Below are positions 51,235-61,612 of a stretch of 64,000 nucleotides of DNA, piece by piece. Under the pieces are notes generated by a model. The model made no database searches. It had not been told where the DNA came from and worked only from the letters and a program-made list of their open reading frames with translations. The DNA comes from an uncultured Bacteroidota bacterium. Its GTDB lineage: Bacteria > Bacteroidota > Bacteroidia > Flavobacteriales > Flavobacteriaceae. How positions within the stretch are numbered: position 1 is the first letter of the stretch; each line of letters starts with the position of its first letter. The stretch is taken from contig CACMHY010000007.1 in NCBI GenBank assembly GCA_902613595.1, positions 16,265-80,264 of the forward strand, in the 5' to 3' direction. Position numbers and translations under genes: made by a program.

Positions 51235-51504
51235 TTATTTACGTAAACCTAATTCTTTCACAATATTTCTGTACCTCTCTATATCTTTAGTTTTAAGGTA
51301 GTCTAGAAGACTTCTTCTTTTTCCTACTAAACGAACCAATGATCTTTCAGTATTATAATCTTTTCTATTAGATTTAAGATGATTAGATAAGTGATGAATC
51401 CTGTGAGTAAAAAGGGCTATTTGTCCTTCAGGAGATCCTGTATTTTTTTTTGACTTTCCAAATTTTTTGAAAATATCCTCTTTAATTTCTTTTGTGTTAT
51501 ACAT
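51235..51504 (-). CDS. rpsO: 30S ribosomal protein S15
   Basis: 89 aa. 'GSPEGQIALFTHRIHHLSNHLKSNRKDYNTERSLVRLVGKRRSLLDYL'. Confidence 0.96.
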   Translation of the reverse strand: MYNTKEIKEDIFKKFGKSKKNTGSPEGQIALFTHRIHHLSNHLKSNRKDYNTERSLVRLVGKRRSLLDYLKTKDIERYRNIVKELGLRK

Positions 51505-51548
51505 GCCAATATTAGTTTTAATAGTTTTTATGTATCCTTTTGGTATCG

Positions 51549-51556
51549 CAAATATA
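51549..51556 (-). promoter_or_regulatory. candidate -7 box for rpsO (minus-strand TATATTTG)
   Basis: Exact TAnnTTTG match on the minus strand, 45 nt upstream of the rpsO ATG. Confidence 0.3.
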
Positions 51557-51616
51557 CAAGGAATGTATATTAAAGCAATAATTTTATTGGCATTAAAATA
51601 AGATGGTGTATTAATT

Positions 51617-52474
51617 CTACCCTCTAATATCTCGATTTAAAATTAGATCAATATATAAATTCACATTATCTTTTAATTGGCTTCTGTGCGTAATAAAATC
51701 TAAAAATCCCTTTTCTAACTGAAACTCACTTGTTTGAAAACCTTCAGGTAATTCTTTTCCAGTTGTATCTTTTACAACTCGAGGACCAGCGAAGGCAATT
51801 AAAGCTTTAGGTTCAGCTATATTGATATCTCCTAACATAGCATATGAGGCTGTTGTACCTCCAGTCGTTGGATCAGTGCAAAGAGAAATATAAGGTAATT
51901 TTGCCTCAGACAATTGAGCCAATTTTGCAGATGTTTTTGCCATCTGCATCAATGAAGTTGCAGATTCCATCATTCTTGCTCCTCCTGATTTGGAAATAAT
52001 TAATAGAGGTAAACCATACTTGATACAATAATCAGTTGCTCTAGCAATTTTTTCACCAACCACTGAACCCATTGAGCCCCCAATGAATCTGAAGTCCATA
52101 CAAGCAATTACTAGTTTTCTGCCCTTTGAATTTCCAACTGCGGTTCGAATAGCATCATAAAGTCCTGTTTTTTTGTGAGCTTCTTTAAGGCGATTTATAT
52201 ACTTTTTTGAATCTTCGAATTTTAAGAAATCTTTAGATTTTAAATCGACATCAAATTCCGCGAATTCATTGTTGTCAAATAAAATTTCAAAATACTCTTT
52301 ACTACCAATATGAACATGATAATCGTCTTCAGGACTTACATACTTGTTATCTGCAAGTTCTTTAGTCTCAATAATTTTTCCTGTTGGAGTCTGGTACCAA
52401 AGCCCTTTAGGAATGTCTTTTTTTTCTTCTGTTTTGGTATGGATTCCTTTTTCACTCCTTTTGAACCAACTCAT
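51617..52474 (-). CDS. accD: acetyl-CoA carboxylase carboxyltransferase beta subunit
   Basis: 285 aa. '[21 protein letters not shown]', 'SGGARMMES'. The N-terminal segment lacks the Cys4 zinc ribbon. Confidence 0.92.
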   Translation of the reverse strand: MSWFKRSEKGIHTKTEEKKDIPKGLWYQTPTGKIIETKELADNKYVSPEDDYHVHIGSKEYFEILFDNNEFAEFDVDLKSKDFLKFEDSKKYINRLKEAHKKTGLYDAIRTAVGNSKGRKLVIACMDFRFIGGSMGSVVGEKIARATDYCIKYGLPLLIISKSGGARMMESATSLMQMAKTSAKLAQLSEAKLPYISLCTDPTTGGTTASYAMLGDINIAEPKALIAFAGPRVVKDTTGKELPEGFQTSEFQLEKGFLDFITHRSQLKDNVNLYIDLILNRDIRG

Positions 52475-52500
52475 AAATTCATTTTATCCAAATATATAAA

Positions 52501-53583
52501 TTATACATCTTTATTTAATGTGTTTATGTTATTTAAGTCTTTGAAAGCTTTTTTTAATCGTATTTTTAAGGTCTCCTCTCCTAAGCGCAACCATTTTCTT
52601 GGATCATAATATTTTTTATTTGGCTGATCTAAGCCGCTAGGATTTCCAATTTGATATTTTAAATATTCAATTTCTTCATTCATATAATCTCTTATACCTT
52701 CTGTGAAAGCAAACTGAAGATCTGTATCAATATTCATTTTTATTACACCATACCCAATTGCTTCTAAAATCTCAGTTTTGCTTGATCCAGACCCCCCGTG
52801 AAAAACAAAATCAACACTATTTTCGGGAAGATTGAATTTTCTTGAAATATAATGCTGAGAATTTTTTAAAATTTTTGGAGTTAATTTAACATTTCCTGGT
52901 TTGTAAACTCCATGGACATTTCCAAAAGCTGCAGCTATAGTGAATTGGGAACTTATTTTTCTTAATTCTTCAAAGGCGTAAGCAACCTCAACAGGTTGAG
53001 TGTAGAGTTTTGAAGCATCGATATCTGTATTATCAACCCCATCTTCTTCACCTCCTGTAACTCCCAGTTCAATCTCTAGAGTCATTTCCATTTTTGACAT
53101 CCGTCTTAAATATTCTTTACACGTATTTATATTTTCCTCTAATGGTTCTTCAGATAAATCTATCATGTGAGAGCTAAATAGCGGTTTTCCAATCTGATTG
53201 AAATTTGATTCACTAGCATCTAATAAACCATCAATCCATGGCAACAATTTTTTAGCACAGTGATCCGTATGAAGTATAACAGATGCATTATATAACTTTG
53301 CGAGCTCATGGATATGTTTTGCACCTGCTATAGCCCCTGCTGTAGCAGAATTTTGATTTTCATTTGAAAGCCCTTTTCCAGCATTGAACTGTGCTCCTCC
53401 ATTTGAGAACTGAATAATAACAGGACTATTTAGTTCTCCGGCCGTTTCAAGAACAGTATTTATGCTATTACTTCCAATGACATTAACAGCGGGTAGAGCA
53501 AACTTTTTTTCTTTAGCAAGTTTAAAGACCCTTTGAACATCTTGGCCAGTAATTACTCCAGGTGGAATAGATATTTTCATCAA
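52501..53583 (-). CDS. fbaA: class II fructose-1,6-bisphosphate aldolase
   Basis: 360 aa. 'ALPAVNV', 'HTDHC', 'ELGVTGGEEDGV', 'FVFHGGSGS'. Confidence 0.93.
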   Translation of the reverse strand: MMKISIPPGVITGQDVQRVFKLAKEKKFALPAVNVIGSNSINTVLETAGELNSPVIIQFSNGGAQFNAGKGLSNENQNSATAGAIAGAKHIHELAKLYNASVILHTDHCAKKLLPWIDGLLDASESNFNQIGKPLFSSHMIDLSEEPLEENINTCKEYLRRMSKMEMTLEIELGVTGGEEDGVDNTDIDASKLYTQPVEVAYAFEELRKISSQFTIAAAFGNVHGVYKPGNVKLTPKILKNSQHYISRKFNLPENSVDFVFHGGSGSSKTEILEAIGYGVIKMNIDTDLQFAFTEGIRDYMNEEIEYLKYQIGNPSGLDQPNKKYYDPRKWLRLGEETLKIRLKKAFKDLNNINTLNKDV

Positions 53584-53617
53584 TTTAGGTTTCCTGCAAA
53601 TATAAAATTATTTGTTT

Positions 53618-56170
53618 TTAGAATGGATAATTAATTCCAATATTAAGGACGGCATTTCTTAAATTAAATTCCGACCACCAGCGCTGACCTACAGATAAAG
53701 CTGGATTATACGTTTTGAAACCTGTATCAAATCTAAAAACAAAAAAATCGAAATCATACCTTAAACCAAAACCTGATCCGATTGCAAGCTCATTCAGATC
53801 CTTAAGACCTGAAAAGCTCATAGCAGTATCGTTGACATTGTCCCATAAATTCCAAATATTTCCTATGTCAATAAATAATCCTCCATTCAAAGGTCCACTA
53901 ATTGGAAAACGATATTCAAGATTGAATGCTAATTTAAAATTAGCTTCATTAAATTCATTAATATTGTTACTACTTCCTGGACCTAATTCATATGCTCTCC
54001 AAGCTCTATTATCATTTGATCCTCCTGAAAAATATGATCTAGCAAAAGGCACATTTGACGAATTACCGTATGGAATTGCAATTCCGGTGAATGCATGAAA
54101 AGCAAATATTCTTTCTCTTCCAAAAGACCAATGCTTAATATAATCAACTTCAGTTTTAATATATTGCGAAGGACTGACACCGCCCAGTGTGTAATAATTT
54201 GTTTCATTTTGATTTGCATTTATACTCTTTAAAAAAAGTCGTAAAAGGTTACCAATCAAATCTATTTTCCACCTGAATTGATAGAAATTTTCGTCAAAAA
54301 TACTTTCTTGACTATTAGTATTTAAACTAAACGAAGATCCTAATATTAAATTGTTGGCAGTCAGCCTATCATAGCGCTCTTTCAATGTGTTTACAGTCTT
54401 ATATTCTTCATCCTCAAAAGTTAGATTTGTATTATTATTAAGGACATCAAAAATAAAATTGTTTGCCCCATCTGGAATGTTTAGATTTCCTTCCGTATCA
54501 ATTAAAGATTGATTTGTACTTGTTTGTTTTGCTATATTGTTTAACCTATCATAAGAGTTTCTGAAAACATTAAAATAATTTGAGATGTTTCTATTGTTAA
54601 TAAATTCAAGATCAATTAGTTTAAATTGAACCCTTTTTTTGTTGTTTGGTTTCCAATCAAATTGATAATTAACTTTAAAAAATTGTTTATCGAGACCGAC
54701 ATTTTCTTGTAAGCTTGATCCAAATACAATTTCGGTTTTCGGATACATTGATGATGGAACTAAATCTTTATTAAAGGGTGGAAAAAGCAATCTAGCAACA
54801 CTCAGTTTTATGTCAGCTCCTAATTCAAAAATATTAAAAAACTGTTCACCAATTTTAGCAATGTCTTTTGATGCTCCCAAGGTATTTTGTATGTTTATTT
54901 CTAGTATTTCAGCACCGCGAAATACATTTCTAATTCCCAAACCACCTCCTAAACCAATCCCAAAATCTTGAATATTCGAATGTGATAAGTCTAAATCAAA
55001 GCCTAATGAAAACCTCTCTTTAGGATTCAATATAATTGTAGTATTTAGCTCATTATCTTTTTCAGAAAGCAAAGTGTAATTTATGTTTGGATATTTGAAA
55101 TTCTTTAAGTTTGTGAAATAACGATATGTTAAATTGCGATCTAAATCACTATAAAACTCACCCTCTCTAATTGAAATACCCGAAGTAATTGCTTTGGGGT
55201 TATATTTTAATTTTCCTTTGCTATATATCTTAAAATTCTCAAATGTAATTGAATTATCATATTCTGCTAGACTTGAAATTTTATTTTCATTATTGATAAA
55301 AATTGAAGTCCCTTTTATTTTATATTTTTTATATGGTAAATTAATAATAGAGTCATTTAAACGCTTCTGGATATTCGCAATCTTGATATTTACAGGGATT
55401 TTTAGATCTTTACCTGTACTATCTATTGAAGCAGTAAATTGTATACTATTTTGTTGAAAATTGTATACTCCATTGTTCCGAAAAATAGTAAATAAACGTT
55501 CTCTTTCATCTTCAAATTTTTTTATTTCGAATGGCTCTCCTTTATTAATAATTTGTTCTGTTTTATTCTTATCATACAAAATTGATAATTCGGGAGACTC
55601 AATTGATGTAGTTATTGAGTCAATCAAGTACCTTTCATTGGGATTGATTTTATATTTTAATATTAGTTTTTTTTCATTAATTTTTTCTGTTTCTGATTCA
55701 ACTTCTACATTAAAATATCCCAAGTTTTTGTAATATTGAATTATATTTTTTTTTGATATTTTAACATCTAAACTATCGTAAATACTAGGTGCTTCACCTG
55801 TTTTCTTTAACCAGTTGTTAAATTTAATTGTATAATTATTTAAGGCTCTAATTTGCTTATTTGAAATTAAATTTTCTAGACGTTTCCTTCTTTTATCTTT
55901 TTTATCTAACCAATTTTTAAATTGATCTTCTGGGTTGGGATGCGACGCTTTAAAAAGAATTTTTTTAAGAGGTATGCCTATTATTTTTTTATTTGATTTA
56001 GTTTTTAGAACAAAATTTATAGGATCATTTTTTAAGAGTATTCCGTCTTCATATATTTCATTTTTATCAACTACATAGTCTGTTGTACTTAAAATACGTG
56101 TTCCAGAACAATTACCGAAAAGTAATGTGAGGAAAAATAGATTGACTAATTTTGTCAAAAATTTATACAC
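53618..56170 (-). CDS. Omp85-superfamily outer-membrane protein with a lipoprotein signal (TamL/TamA-like)
   Basis: 850 aa. N-terminal 'LTLLFGNCSG' lipobox. C-terminal bacterial-surface-antigen barrel ending in an aromatic residue ('...LNIGINYPF'). Confidence 0.65.
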   Translation of the reverse strand: MYKFLTKLVNLFFLTLLFGNCSGTRILSTTDYVVDKNEIYEDGILLKNDPINFVLKTKSNKKIIGIPLKKILFKASHPNPEDQFKNWLDKKDKRRKRLENLISNKQIRALNNYTIKFNNWLKKTGEAPSIYDSLDVKISKKNIIQYYKNLGYFNVEVESETEKINEKKLILKYKINPNERYLIDSITTSIESPELSILYDKNKTEQIINKGEPFEIKKFEDERERLFTIFRNNGVYNFQQNSIQFTASIDSTGKDLKIPVNIKIANIQKRLNDSIINLPYKKYKIKGTSIFINNENKISSLAEYDNSITFENFKIYSKGKLKYNPKAITSGISIREGEFYSDLDRNLTYRYFTNLKNFKYPNINYTLLSEKDNELNTTIILNPKERFSLGFDLDLSHSNIQDFGIGLGGGLGIRNVFRGAEILEINIQNTLGASKDIAKIGEQFFNIFELGADIKLSVARLLFPPFNKDLVPSSMYPKTEIVFGSSLQENVGLDKQFFKVNYQFDWKPNNKKRVQFKLIDLEFINNRNISNYFNVFRNSYDRLNNIAKQTSTNQSLIDTEGNLNIPDGANNFIFDVLNNNTNLTFEDEEYKTVNTLKERYDRLTANNLILGSSFSLNTNSQESIFDENFYQFRWKIDLIGNLLRLFLKSINANQNETNYYTLGGVSPSQYIKTEVDYIKHWSFGRERIFAFHAFTGIAIPYGNSSNVPFARSYFSGGSNDNRAWRAYELGPGSSNNINEFNEANFKLAFNLEYRFPISGPLNGGLFIDIGNIWNLWDNVNDTAMSFSGLKDLNELAIGSGFGLRYDFDFFVFRFDTGFKTYNPALSVGQRWWSEFNLRNAVLNIGINYPF

Positions 56171-56208
56171 GAAGTATTATATTTTAAATTCAAAAATAAG
56201 TCATTTTT

Positions 56209-56928
56209 ATGGTGAGTAAGAATCAACTCAAACAAATAACTAAATTGAAGCATAAAAAATATCGAACAAGATTTGGATATTTTGTTGCTGAAGGTGAAAA
56301 GATAGTTAATGACCTAATTAATTCTTCGTGGCAAGTTCATTCACTCTATTCGTTGGAAGATAATTTTCATCCAAAAGCAATTAGAATTGATTTGTCTTTA
56401 ATGAAACAGATTAGCCATTTAAAAACTCCAAGCCCAGTTTTAGGAGTTTTTAAAATACCAAGTGAAAAAACCACTAGGCCATCTGAATTAACAATTGCAA
56501 TTGATAGATTAATTGACCCAGGAAATCTGGGCTCAATAATCCGTCTCTGCGATTGGTTTGGTGTTAATCATTTAGTATGTAGTTCTGACACTGTTGATTG
56601 TTATAACTCAAAAGTAATTCAATCGAGTATGGGTTCAATAGCAAGAGTTAAATGTGTTTACATGTCTAATTTACATGAGTATTTAAAATCATTGAATAAG
56701 CCCATTTTTGGAACCTGTTTAGAAGGTTTATCTGTTTATGAAAAAAAACTTCCTTTGAAAGCCACTTATGTTTTTGGAAATGAATCTAAAGGAATTTCAC
56801 CATCTATTAATAAAATTCTTAATCAAAAACTTACAATACCTAAACAGAGTTCTACAAATGATGTTAATAGTTTGAATGTTGCTACTGCAGCTGCTATCTT
56901 TTTAAGTGAAATTTTTAGAAAAACTTAA
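56209..56928 (+). CDS. SpoU/TrmH-family RNA 2'-O-methyltransferase
   Basis: 239 aa. 'DPGNLGSIIRLCDWFG', 'FGNESKGIS', 'SLNVATAAAIFL'. Confidence 0.8.
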   Translation: MVSKNQLKQITKLKHKKYRTRFGYFVAEGEKIVNDLINSSWQVHSLYSLEDNFHPKAIRIDLSLMKQISHLKTPSPVLGVFKIPSEKTTRPSELTIAIDRLIDPGNLGSIIRLCDWFGVNHLVCSSDTVDCYNSKVIQSSMGSIARVKCVYMSNLHEYLKSLNKPIFGTCLEGLSVYEKKLPLKATYVFGNESKGISPSINKILNQKLTIPKQSSTNDVNSLNVATAAAIFLSEIFRKT

Positions 56929-57672
56929 TCATTCGAATGTTATAATTAATGATACCCCTCTACTAAACATATTTATTATATTTTTAGTCCAAGGACTTTC
57001 CTCATTGGTATCTTCTATCAATTCGTTTTGTAATGAAAAAATACCTCTTAACGAAGGGGAAAACTTAAAGTAATATAAATAAAATTCAAAACCTAGCCCT
57101 AATTCATAGTTAAAACTCTTTGTAGTAGTTCTAAAAACATTACTAGCATTGTCATCACTATTATTTTCATTACTTGAGAGGTTAAAATCTGTTGAGGCTC
57201 CCAACAGTAAAAAGGGGCGAAAATTATTTATTCGTTTAGCATTAATTTTTAAATAAAGGGGTAAATGAATGTAAGTTGATTTTATTTCTCTAAATCTATC
57301 TGATTCTCTAGTGAACTCAAAATATTCAGGATAGACTAACTCTCTTTGATTATAATAAAGACCAGGTTCAAATCTTAAATTAAGGAAATTATTAATTCTT
57401 AAATCACCTATTAAACCAACATTAAATCCATTTTTCTGATTTACAGAAATATCATTATACATCAATTCCTCATAATATGTATCGATATATTCGAACTTAA
57501 AGTCATATTGGTTAGTACCTAAAAAATATCCATAATGCAATACTTTATTGTCAAAATTTGGAAGATTAATTATTTTTTCTTTTACTTCTGGATATTGGGC
57601 GATTGACAAGTGAGTAAATATAATCACAAGCATGTTTAACAAATAGAATATATTCTTATGATTTTTTTTCAA
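56929..57672 (-). CDS. outer-membrane beta-barrel protein, PorT/SprT-like (type IX secretion-associated family)
   Basis: 247 aa. Signal peptide, alternating-hydrophobic strands and a C-terminal Phe-x end ('LIITFE'). Size and pattern such as 'YIHLPLYLKINAKR...RPFLLLGAS' fit my recollection of the PorT family. Not verifiable here. Confidence 0.5.
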   Translation of the reverse strand: MKKNHKNIFYLLNMLVIIFTHLSIAQYPEVKEKIINLPNFDNKVLHYGYFLGTNQYDFKFEYIDTYYEELMYNDISVNQKNGFNVGLIGDLRINNFLNLRFEPGLYYNQRELVYPEYFEFTRESDRFREIKSTYIHLPLYLKINAKRINNFRPFLLLGASTDFNLSSNENNSDDNASNVFRTTTKSFNYELGLGFEFYLYYFKFSPSLRGIFSLQNELIEDTNEESPWTKNIINMFSRGVSLIITFE

Positions 57673-57925
57673 AATAAATATAAAATTTAACCTTTTTAAT
57701 TTGATAAAGGTTTTCCTCTATAAACCTAATTTTTATTAAAATATTGTACTTTTTAGAGCATAATTAAGATCGCAGAATTCAATTTTAATTTTAATAATTT
57801 AAAATCTTAGATATTTACAAGTCTTAAATAAAAATTTAAAAAAATCTGACATAACATTAGAAAGATTGTTGTTATCAAGCCAGATGTAATATTCGTATAT
57901 TTACAATCTATTTCGAAAGGTATTT

Positions 57926-59275
57926 ATGAAAATAATTATTGCTGGAGGGGGTGAAGTTGGTTTCCATTTAGCTAAACTTCTTTCATATGAGTCATTGGAT
58001 ATCACTTTAATAGATACTGATAAAGATAGGCTAAATTACGCAGAATCGCACTTGGACATACGTGCTGTTCGTGGCAATGCTATGTCTTTAAAACTTATGC
58101 AGGATGCCCAAGTTGCAACCTCTGATTTATTTATAGCTGTTACTGCAGAAGAAGCTACCAATATTACAATTTCTGCTTTGGCAAAACAACTGGGAAGTAA
58201 AAAAACTATAGCTAGAATATCTAATTTTGAGCTTATTAAGGCTCAAGATTTAATTAGTTTTCAAAGTATTGGCGTTGACGAGCTAATATCACCAGAAGAA
58301 CTAGCAGCTGAGGAAATACAACAATTGCTTGATCAGTCAGCTTTTTCAAATAGTTATGAATTTGAGGGAGGAGCATTAACTTTAATTGGAACAAGATTAG
58401 AAGATGAGGTCCCATTTGTTGGAAATACTGTAAAAGAAGCTGCTTCTATATTTTCTGATGTCCATTTTATGCCAGTGGCTGTTCAAAGAAAAGGAAAGCA
58501 AACTACGATCATACCTAGAGGTGACACCGTATTCGAAGTTGGCGATACAGTATTTTTTATTACATCAAAAGAGGGTGTAGAAGAAATATACAAGCTGACA
58601 GGAAAAACAAAAACCTCAATAAAAAACATAATGATACTTGGAGGAGGTAGAATTGGATATAATACTGCAAGAGAATTATGTGAGAAGAAATTTAATGTGA
58701 GTCTCATCGAAAAAAATAAAGAAAAAGCATTTGAGATTTCAGAGCTACTACCAAATGCTTTAATTATTCACGGAGATGGAAGAAATACTGAACTTTTAGA
58801 CGAGGAAAATCTTTCTTCAATGGATGCTTTTATATCTGTAACTGAAAATTCAGAAACTAATATTATGAGTTGTTTGATGGCCCACTCCAAAAAGGTAAAA
58901 AAAACAATTGCGCTTGTAGAAAATATGGATTATTTTCAGCTTTCACAATCGATTGGTATTGATACAATAATCAACAAAAAATTGCTTACTGCAAATACCA
59001 TTTTCAGATACGTTAGAAAGGGAGATGTGGTAGACATGAAAACCCTAAATAATTTAAATCTTGAAATCTTAGAATTTGTTGTTAATCCAAATTCCAAAGT
59101 GGCGAATTATAAAATAAGAGATATTGATTTCCCCAGAACAGCAATAATAGGTGGAGTTATTAAAGAAGGCCAGGGTCTTACCGCTCTTGGCGACTACAAA
59201 ATAATACCTGGAGATAGAATTGTTGTTTGTTGTCTGCCAAGATCAATTAAGCGGATTGAACGCTTATTTTTGTGA
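57926..59275 (+). CDS. trkA: Trk K+ uptake system NAD-binding subunit
   Basis: 449 aa. Two Rossmann/RCK halves: 'IIIAGGGEVG' and 'IMILGGGRIG'. Confidence 0.93.
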   Translation: MKIIIAGGGEVGFHLAKLLSYESLDITLIDTDKDRLNYAESHLDIRAVRGNAMSLKLMQDAQVATSDLFIAVTAEEATNITISALAKQLGSKKTIARISNFELIKAQDLISFQSIGVDELISPEELAAEEIQQLLDQSAFSNSYEFEGGALTLIGTRLEDEVPFVGNTVKEAASIFSDVHFMPVAVQRKGKQTTIIPRGDTVFEVGDTVFFITSKEGVEEIYKLTGKTKTSIKNIMILGGGRIGYNTARELCEKKFNVSLIEKNKEKAFEISELLPNALIIHGDGRNTELLDEENLSSMDAFISVTENSETNIMSCLMAHSKKVKKTIALVENMDYFQLSQSIGIDTIINKKLLTANTIFRYVRKGDVVDMKTLNNLNLEILEFVVNPNSKVANYKIRDIDFPRTAIIGGVIKEGQGLTALGDYKIIPGDRIVVCCLPRSIKRIERLFL

Positions 59276-59278
59276 TTT

Positions 59279-60766
59279 ATGATTAATAATTTTAATTACA
59301 AAATCGTAGTTTTTTTAATGGGTGTTTTGTTACTCGTCAATGGTGGCTTCATGTTGCTTTCATCATTAATAAGCTTGTTTTCTAATGATGGTTTTGTTGA
59401 GAAAATTACAATTTCTTCCTTGATTGTAATTTCTGCAGGATTTGTTTTTTTATTTTTTGGAAGAGGATATGAAAAACAGATTCAAAAACGTGAAGGTTAT
59501 TTAATTGTTACTTTAGGTTGGATTTTAATGTCAATTACTGGAACTATTCCCTATATAATGACCGGTGTAATTTCACAATTTTCTTCAAGTTTTTTTGAAT
59601 CAATGTCAGGTTACACTACTACTGGAGCAACTATAATAGAGAAAATAGATTCATTGCCAAAAGGTATTTTATTTTGGCGCTCAACAACCCATTGGATCGG
59701 TGGAATGGGAATTATTGTACTAGCAATCGCTATATTACCTTTTCTTGGTATAGGGGGGACTCAACTATTTTCGGCTGAGGCTCCAGGTCCTGCTAGCGAT
59801 AAATTACATCCTAGAATAACAGATACTGCTAAACGTTTATGGTTAATTTATCTGACCTATACTATCGTTCAGGCAATTTTACTTTATATTGCTGGAATGA
59901 CAATTTTCGATGCCGTTAATCACGCCATGAGCACAATCTCAACAGGTGGATTTTCTACAAAAAGTGAAAGTATTGCTTTTTGGAATGACAAACCATTAAT
60001 TCAATATATAATTATAATATTTATGTTTTTGGCTGGTACTAATTTTGTTTTAAGCTACTTCGCTTTTACTCGAAAATTTCAAAAAATCATTCAGGATGAA
60101 GAATTTAAACTTTATACTCGCTTTATAATCTTTTTTTCATTCCTTGTTATAGTTTTTAATTTATTGTCTCAAAATCTTCCTGCCGATTCAATTTTAAACA
60201 GATTAGAACCCACATTCCGCAATGCAATATTTCAAGTTGTTTCAATTATAACAACAACTGGATTTATAACCTATGATTTTACTCAATGGACACCATTAAT
60301 AACAATAATATTTTTTGGACTCATGTTTTTAGGAGGATCATCTGGATCAACTTCAGGTGGTGTAAAAATAGTTCGTCATATGTTAATGATTAAAACAGGT
60401 TTTTTAGAGTTTAAAAGAGCATTACACCCAAATGCAATCATTCAGTCTAGGTATAATAGTAAAACCGTCAATGAGTCAATTTCATTTAATATTTTGGGTT
60501 TTTTTATATTGTATATGTTGAGTTTTATTGTAGGATCTATAGGTTTTGGAATTTTTGGTGCAGACTTTGATTCTTCCTTAGGACTTGCTGCGTCAACCCT
60601 AGGAAATATTGGACCTGCACTAGGATCTTTTGGTCCTAGCCATAGTTACGCATCTTTATCTGAAATTGGGAAACTATGGGCAACTTTTTTGATGTTATTA
60701 GGCCGTTTGGAACTTTTTACCGTTCTAATTTTATTTACACCATTTTTTTGGAAAAAGAATTACTAA
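59279..60766 (+). CDS. trkH: Trk-type K+ transporter membrane subunit
   Basis: 495 aa polytopic. Selectivity-filter-like 'TTTGAT', 'STGGFS', 'TTTGF', 'GSSGSTSGGVK'. Confidence 0.92.
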   Translation: MINNFNYKIVVFLMGVLLLVNGGFMLLSSLISLFSNDGFVEKITISSLIVISAGFVFLFFGRGYEKQIQKREGYLIVTLGWILMSITGTIPYIMTGVISQFSSSFFESMSGYTTTGATIIEKIDSLPKGILFWRSTTHWIGGMGIIVLAIAILPFLGIGGTQLFSAEAPGPASDKLHPRITDTAKRLWLIYLTYTIVQAILLYIAGMTIFDAVNHAMSTISTGGFSTKSESIAFWNDKPLIQYIIIIFMFLAGTNFVLSYFAFTRKFQKIIQDEEFKLYTRFIIFFSFLVIVFNLLSQNLPADSILNRLEPTFRNAIFQVVSIITTTGFITYDFTQWTPLITIIFFGLMFLGGSSGSTSGGVKIVRHMLMIKTGFLEFKRALHPNAIIQSRYNSKTVNESISFNILGFFILYMLSFIVGSIGFGIFGADFDSSLGLAASTLGNIGPALGSFGPSHSYASLSEIGKLWATFLMLLGRLELFTVLILFTPFFWKKNY

Positions 60767-60787
60767 TAATACTTAAAGTATTAATAA

Positions 60788-61519
60788 TTAAATCCTTTGT
60801 CTTACAATTTCAAATAAAATTATGCCACAAGCAACTGAAACATTTAACGAGTTGATCTCGTCCTGCATTGGTATACTAGCATGGTTATCTATTATTTCAA
60901 GTAGTCCTTTTGAAATTCCTTTTTCCTCTGAACCCAAAACAATAGCAAGAGGAACGTTTAAAGATTTATTATAAATTATCTCTTCGGCTTTTTCAGTAAT
61001 TGCAACAATAGAAACATTATTAGCTTTAAGTATATAAATAACATCTTTTAGGTTTTTCACTTTGGATATCGGTATATGAAAAACATTACCTGCTGAAGTT
61101 TTAACTACATCTCCATTCAGGGGGGCACTATTACTAATAGGCGTAAATACAGCATCTACACCTGCAGCAACTGACGAACGTATAATAGCTCCAAAATTAT
61201 GGACATCTGTTATAGAGTCCAATAGTACAAAAACGGGTGATTGTTTTTTTTCTAAAATTTCTTCAACTAGTGCCTCCATTTCAAATGTTTTAATTGAAGA
61301 AATTCTAGCAACTGCTCTCTGATGATTTTTTTTTGATAATTTTTCTAATTTTTCTTCTGGTACAAAACTAAATGGAATAGTTTTAGATTTTAGAGTGTAA
61401 ATTAACCTGTCGTAAAGTTTACTTTTTCCCCCTCTCAATAGCCAAACTTTTTCAATAGGTGTACCTGACTTTATTGCTTCTAGGATAGAATGTATACCAA
61501 ATACATTTGTTGTTTTCAT
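60788..61519 (-). CDS. rlmB: 23S rRNA (guanosine2251-2'-O)-methyltransferase, TrmH family
   Basis: 243 aa. N-terminal L30e-like substrate-binding domain plus SpoU core 'DVHNFGAIIRS', 'LGSEEKGIS', 'SLNVSVACGIILFE'. Confidence 0.8.
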   Translation of the reverse strand: MKTTNVFGIHSILEAIKSGTPIEKVWLLRGGKSKLYDRLIYTLKSKTIPFSFVPEEKLEKLSKKNHQRAVARISSIKTFEMEALVEEILEKKQSPVFVLLDSITDVHNFGAIIRSSVAAGVDAVFTPISNSAPLNGDVVKTSAGNVFHIPISKVKNLKDVIYILKANNVSIVAITEKAEEIIYNKSLNVPLAIVLGSEEKGISKGLLEIIDNHASIPMQDEINSLNVSVACGIILFEIVRQRI

Positions 61520-61612
61520 TTTATAAAAATAACTATTTCTTTAAGGGCAAGAAGAAACAATAAATTTTTAAGAGTTGATTTTTTCCATCTTCTTTCATAA
61601 TTTGAAAATGTT

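Noticed and set aside
51503-51593. 9-bp inverted repeat (ATGCCAATA at 51503-51511 and TATTGGCAT at 51585-51593) that could sequester the rpsO start codon, as a possible S15 autoregulatory leader
   Set aside because: The best promoter candidate (-7 box at 51549-51556) lies between the two arms, so the upstream arm would be transcribed only by read-through from accD. A single 9-bp match in a 110-nt AT-rich region is not far from chance expectation. Covariation analysis would be needed.
52300-52474. AccD N-terminus lacking the Cys4 zinc ribbon ('[31 protein letters not shown]' in place of CPKC...CPKC)
   Set aside because: The substitution is real in the sequence. To my recollection it is the normal state of Bacteroidetes AccD proteins and therefore a lineage trait, not a feature specific to this locus.
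57689-57712. Hairpin AACCTTT-N10-AAAGGTT next to the PorT-like gene start
   Set aside because: The stem is only 7 bp with 2 G:C pairs. It lies between two divergent starts, so it cannot be a terminator. There is no flanking conservation signal I can assess.
57673-57925. Possible K+/c-di-AMP-type riboswitch upstream of trkA
   Set aside because: The region is almost pure A/T. It lacks the G+C-rich paired helices and conserved ACGGGG/CCC-type cores that such riboswitches require.
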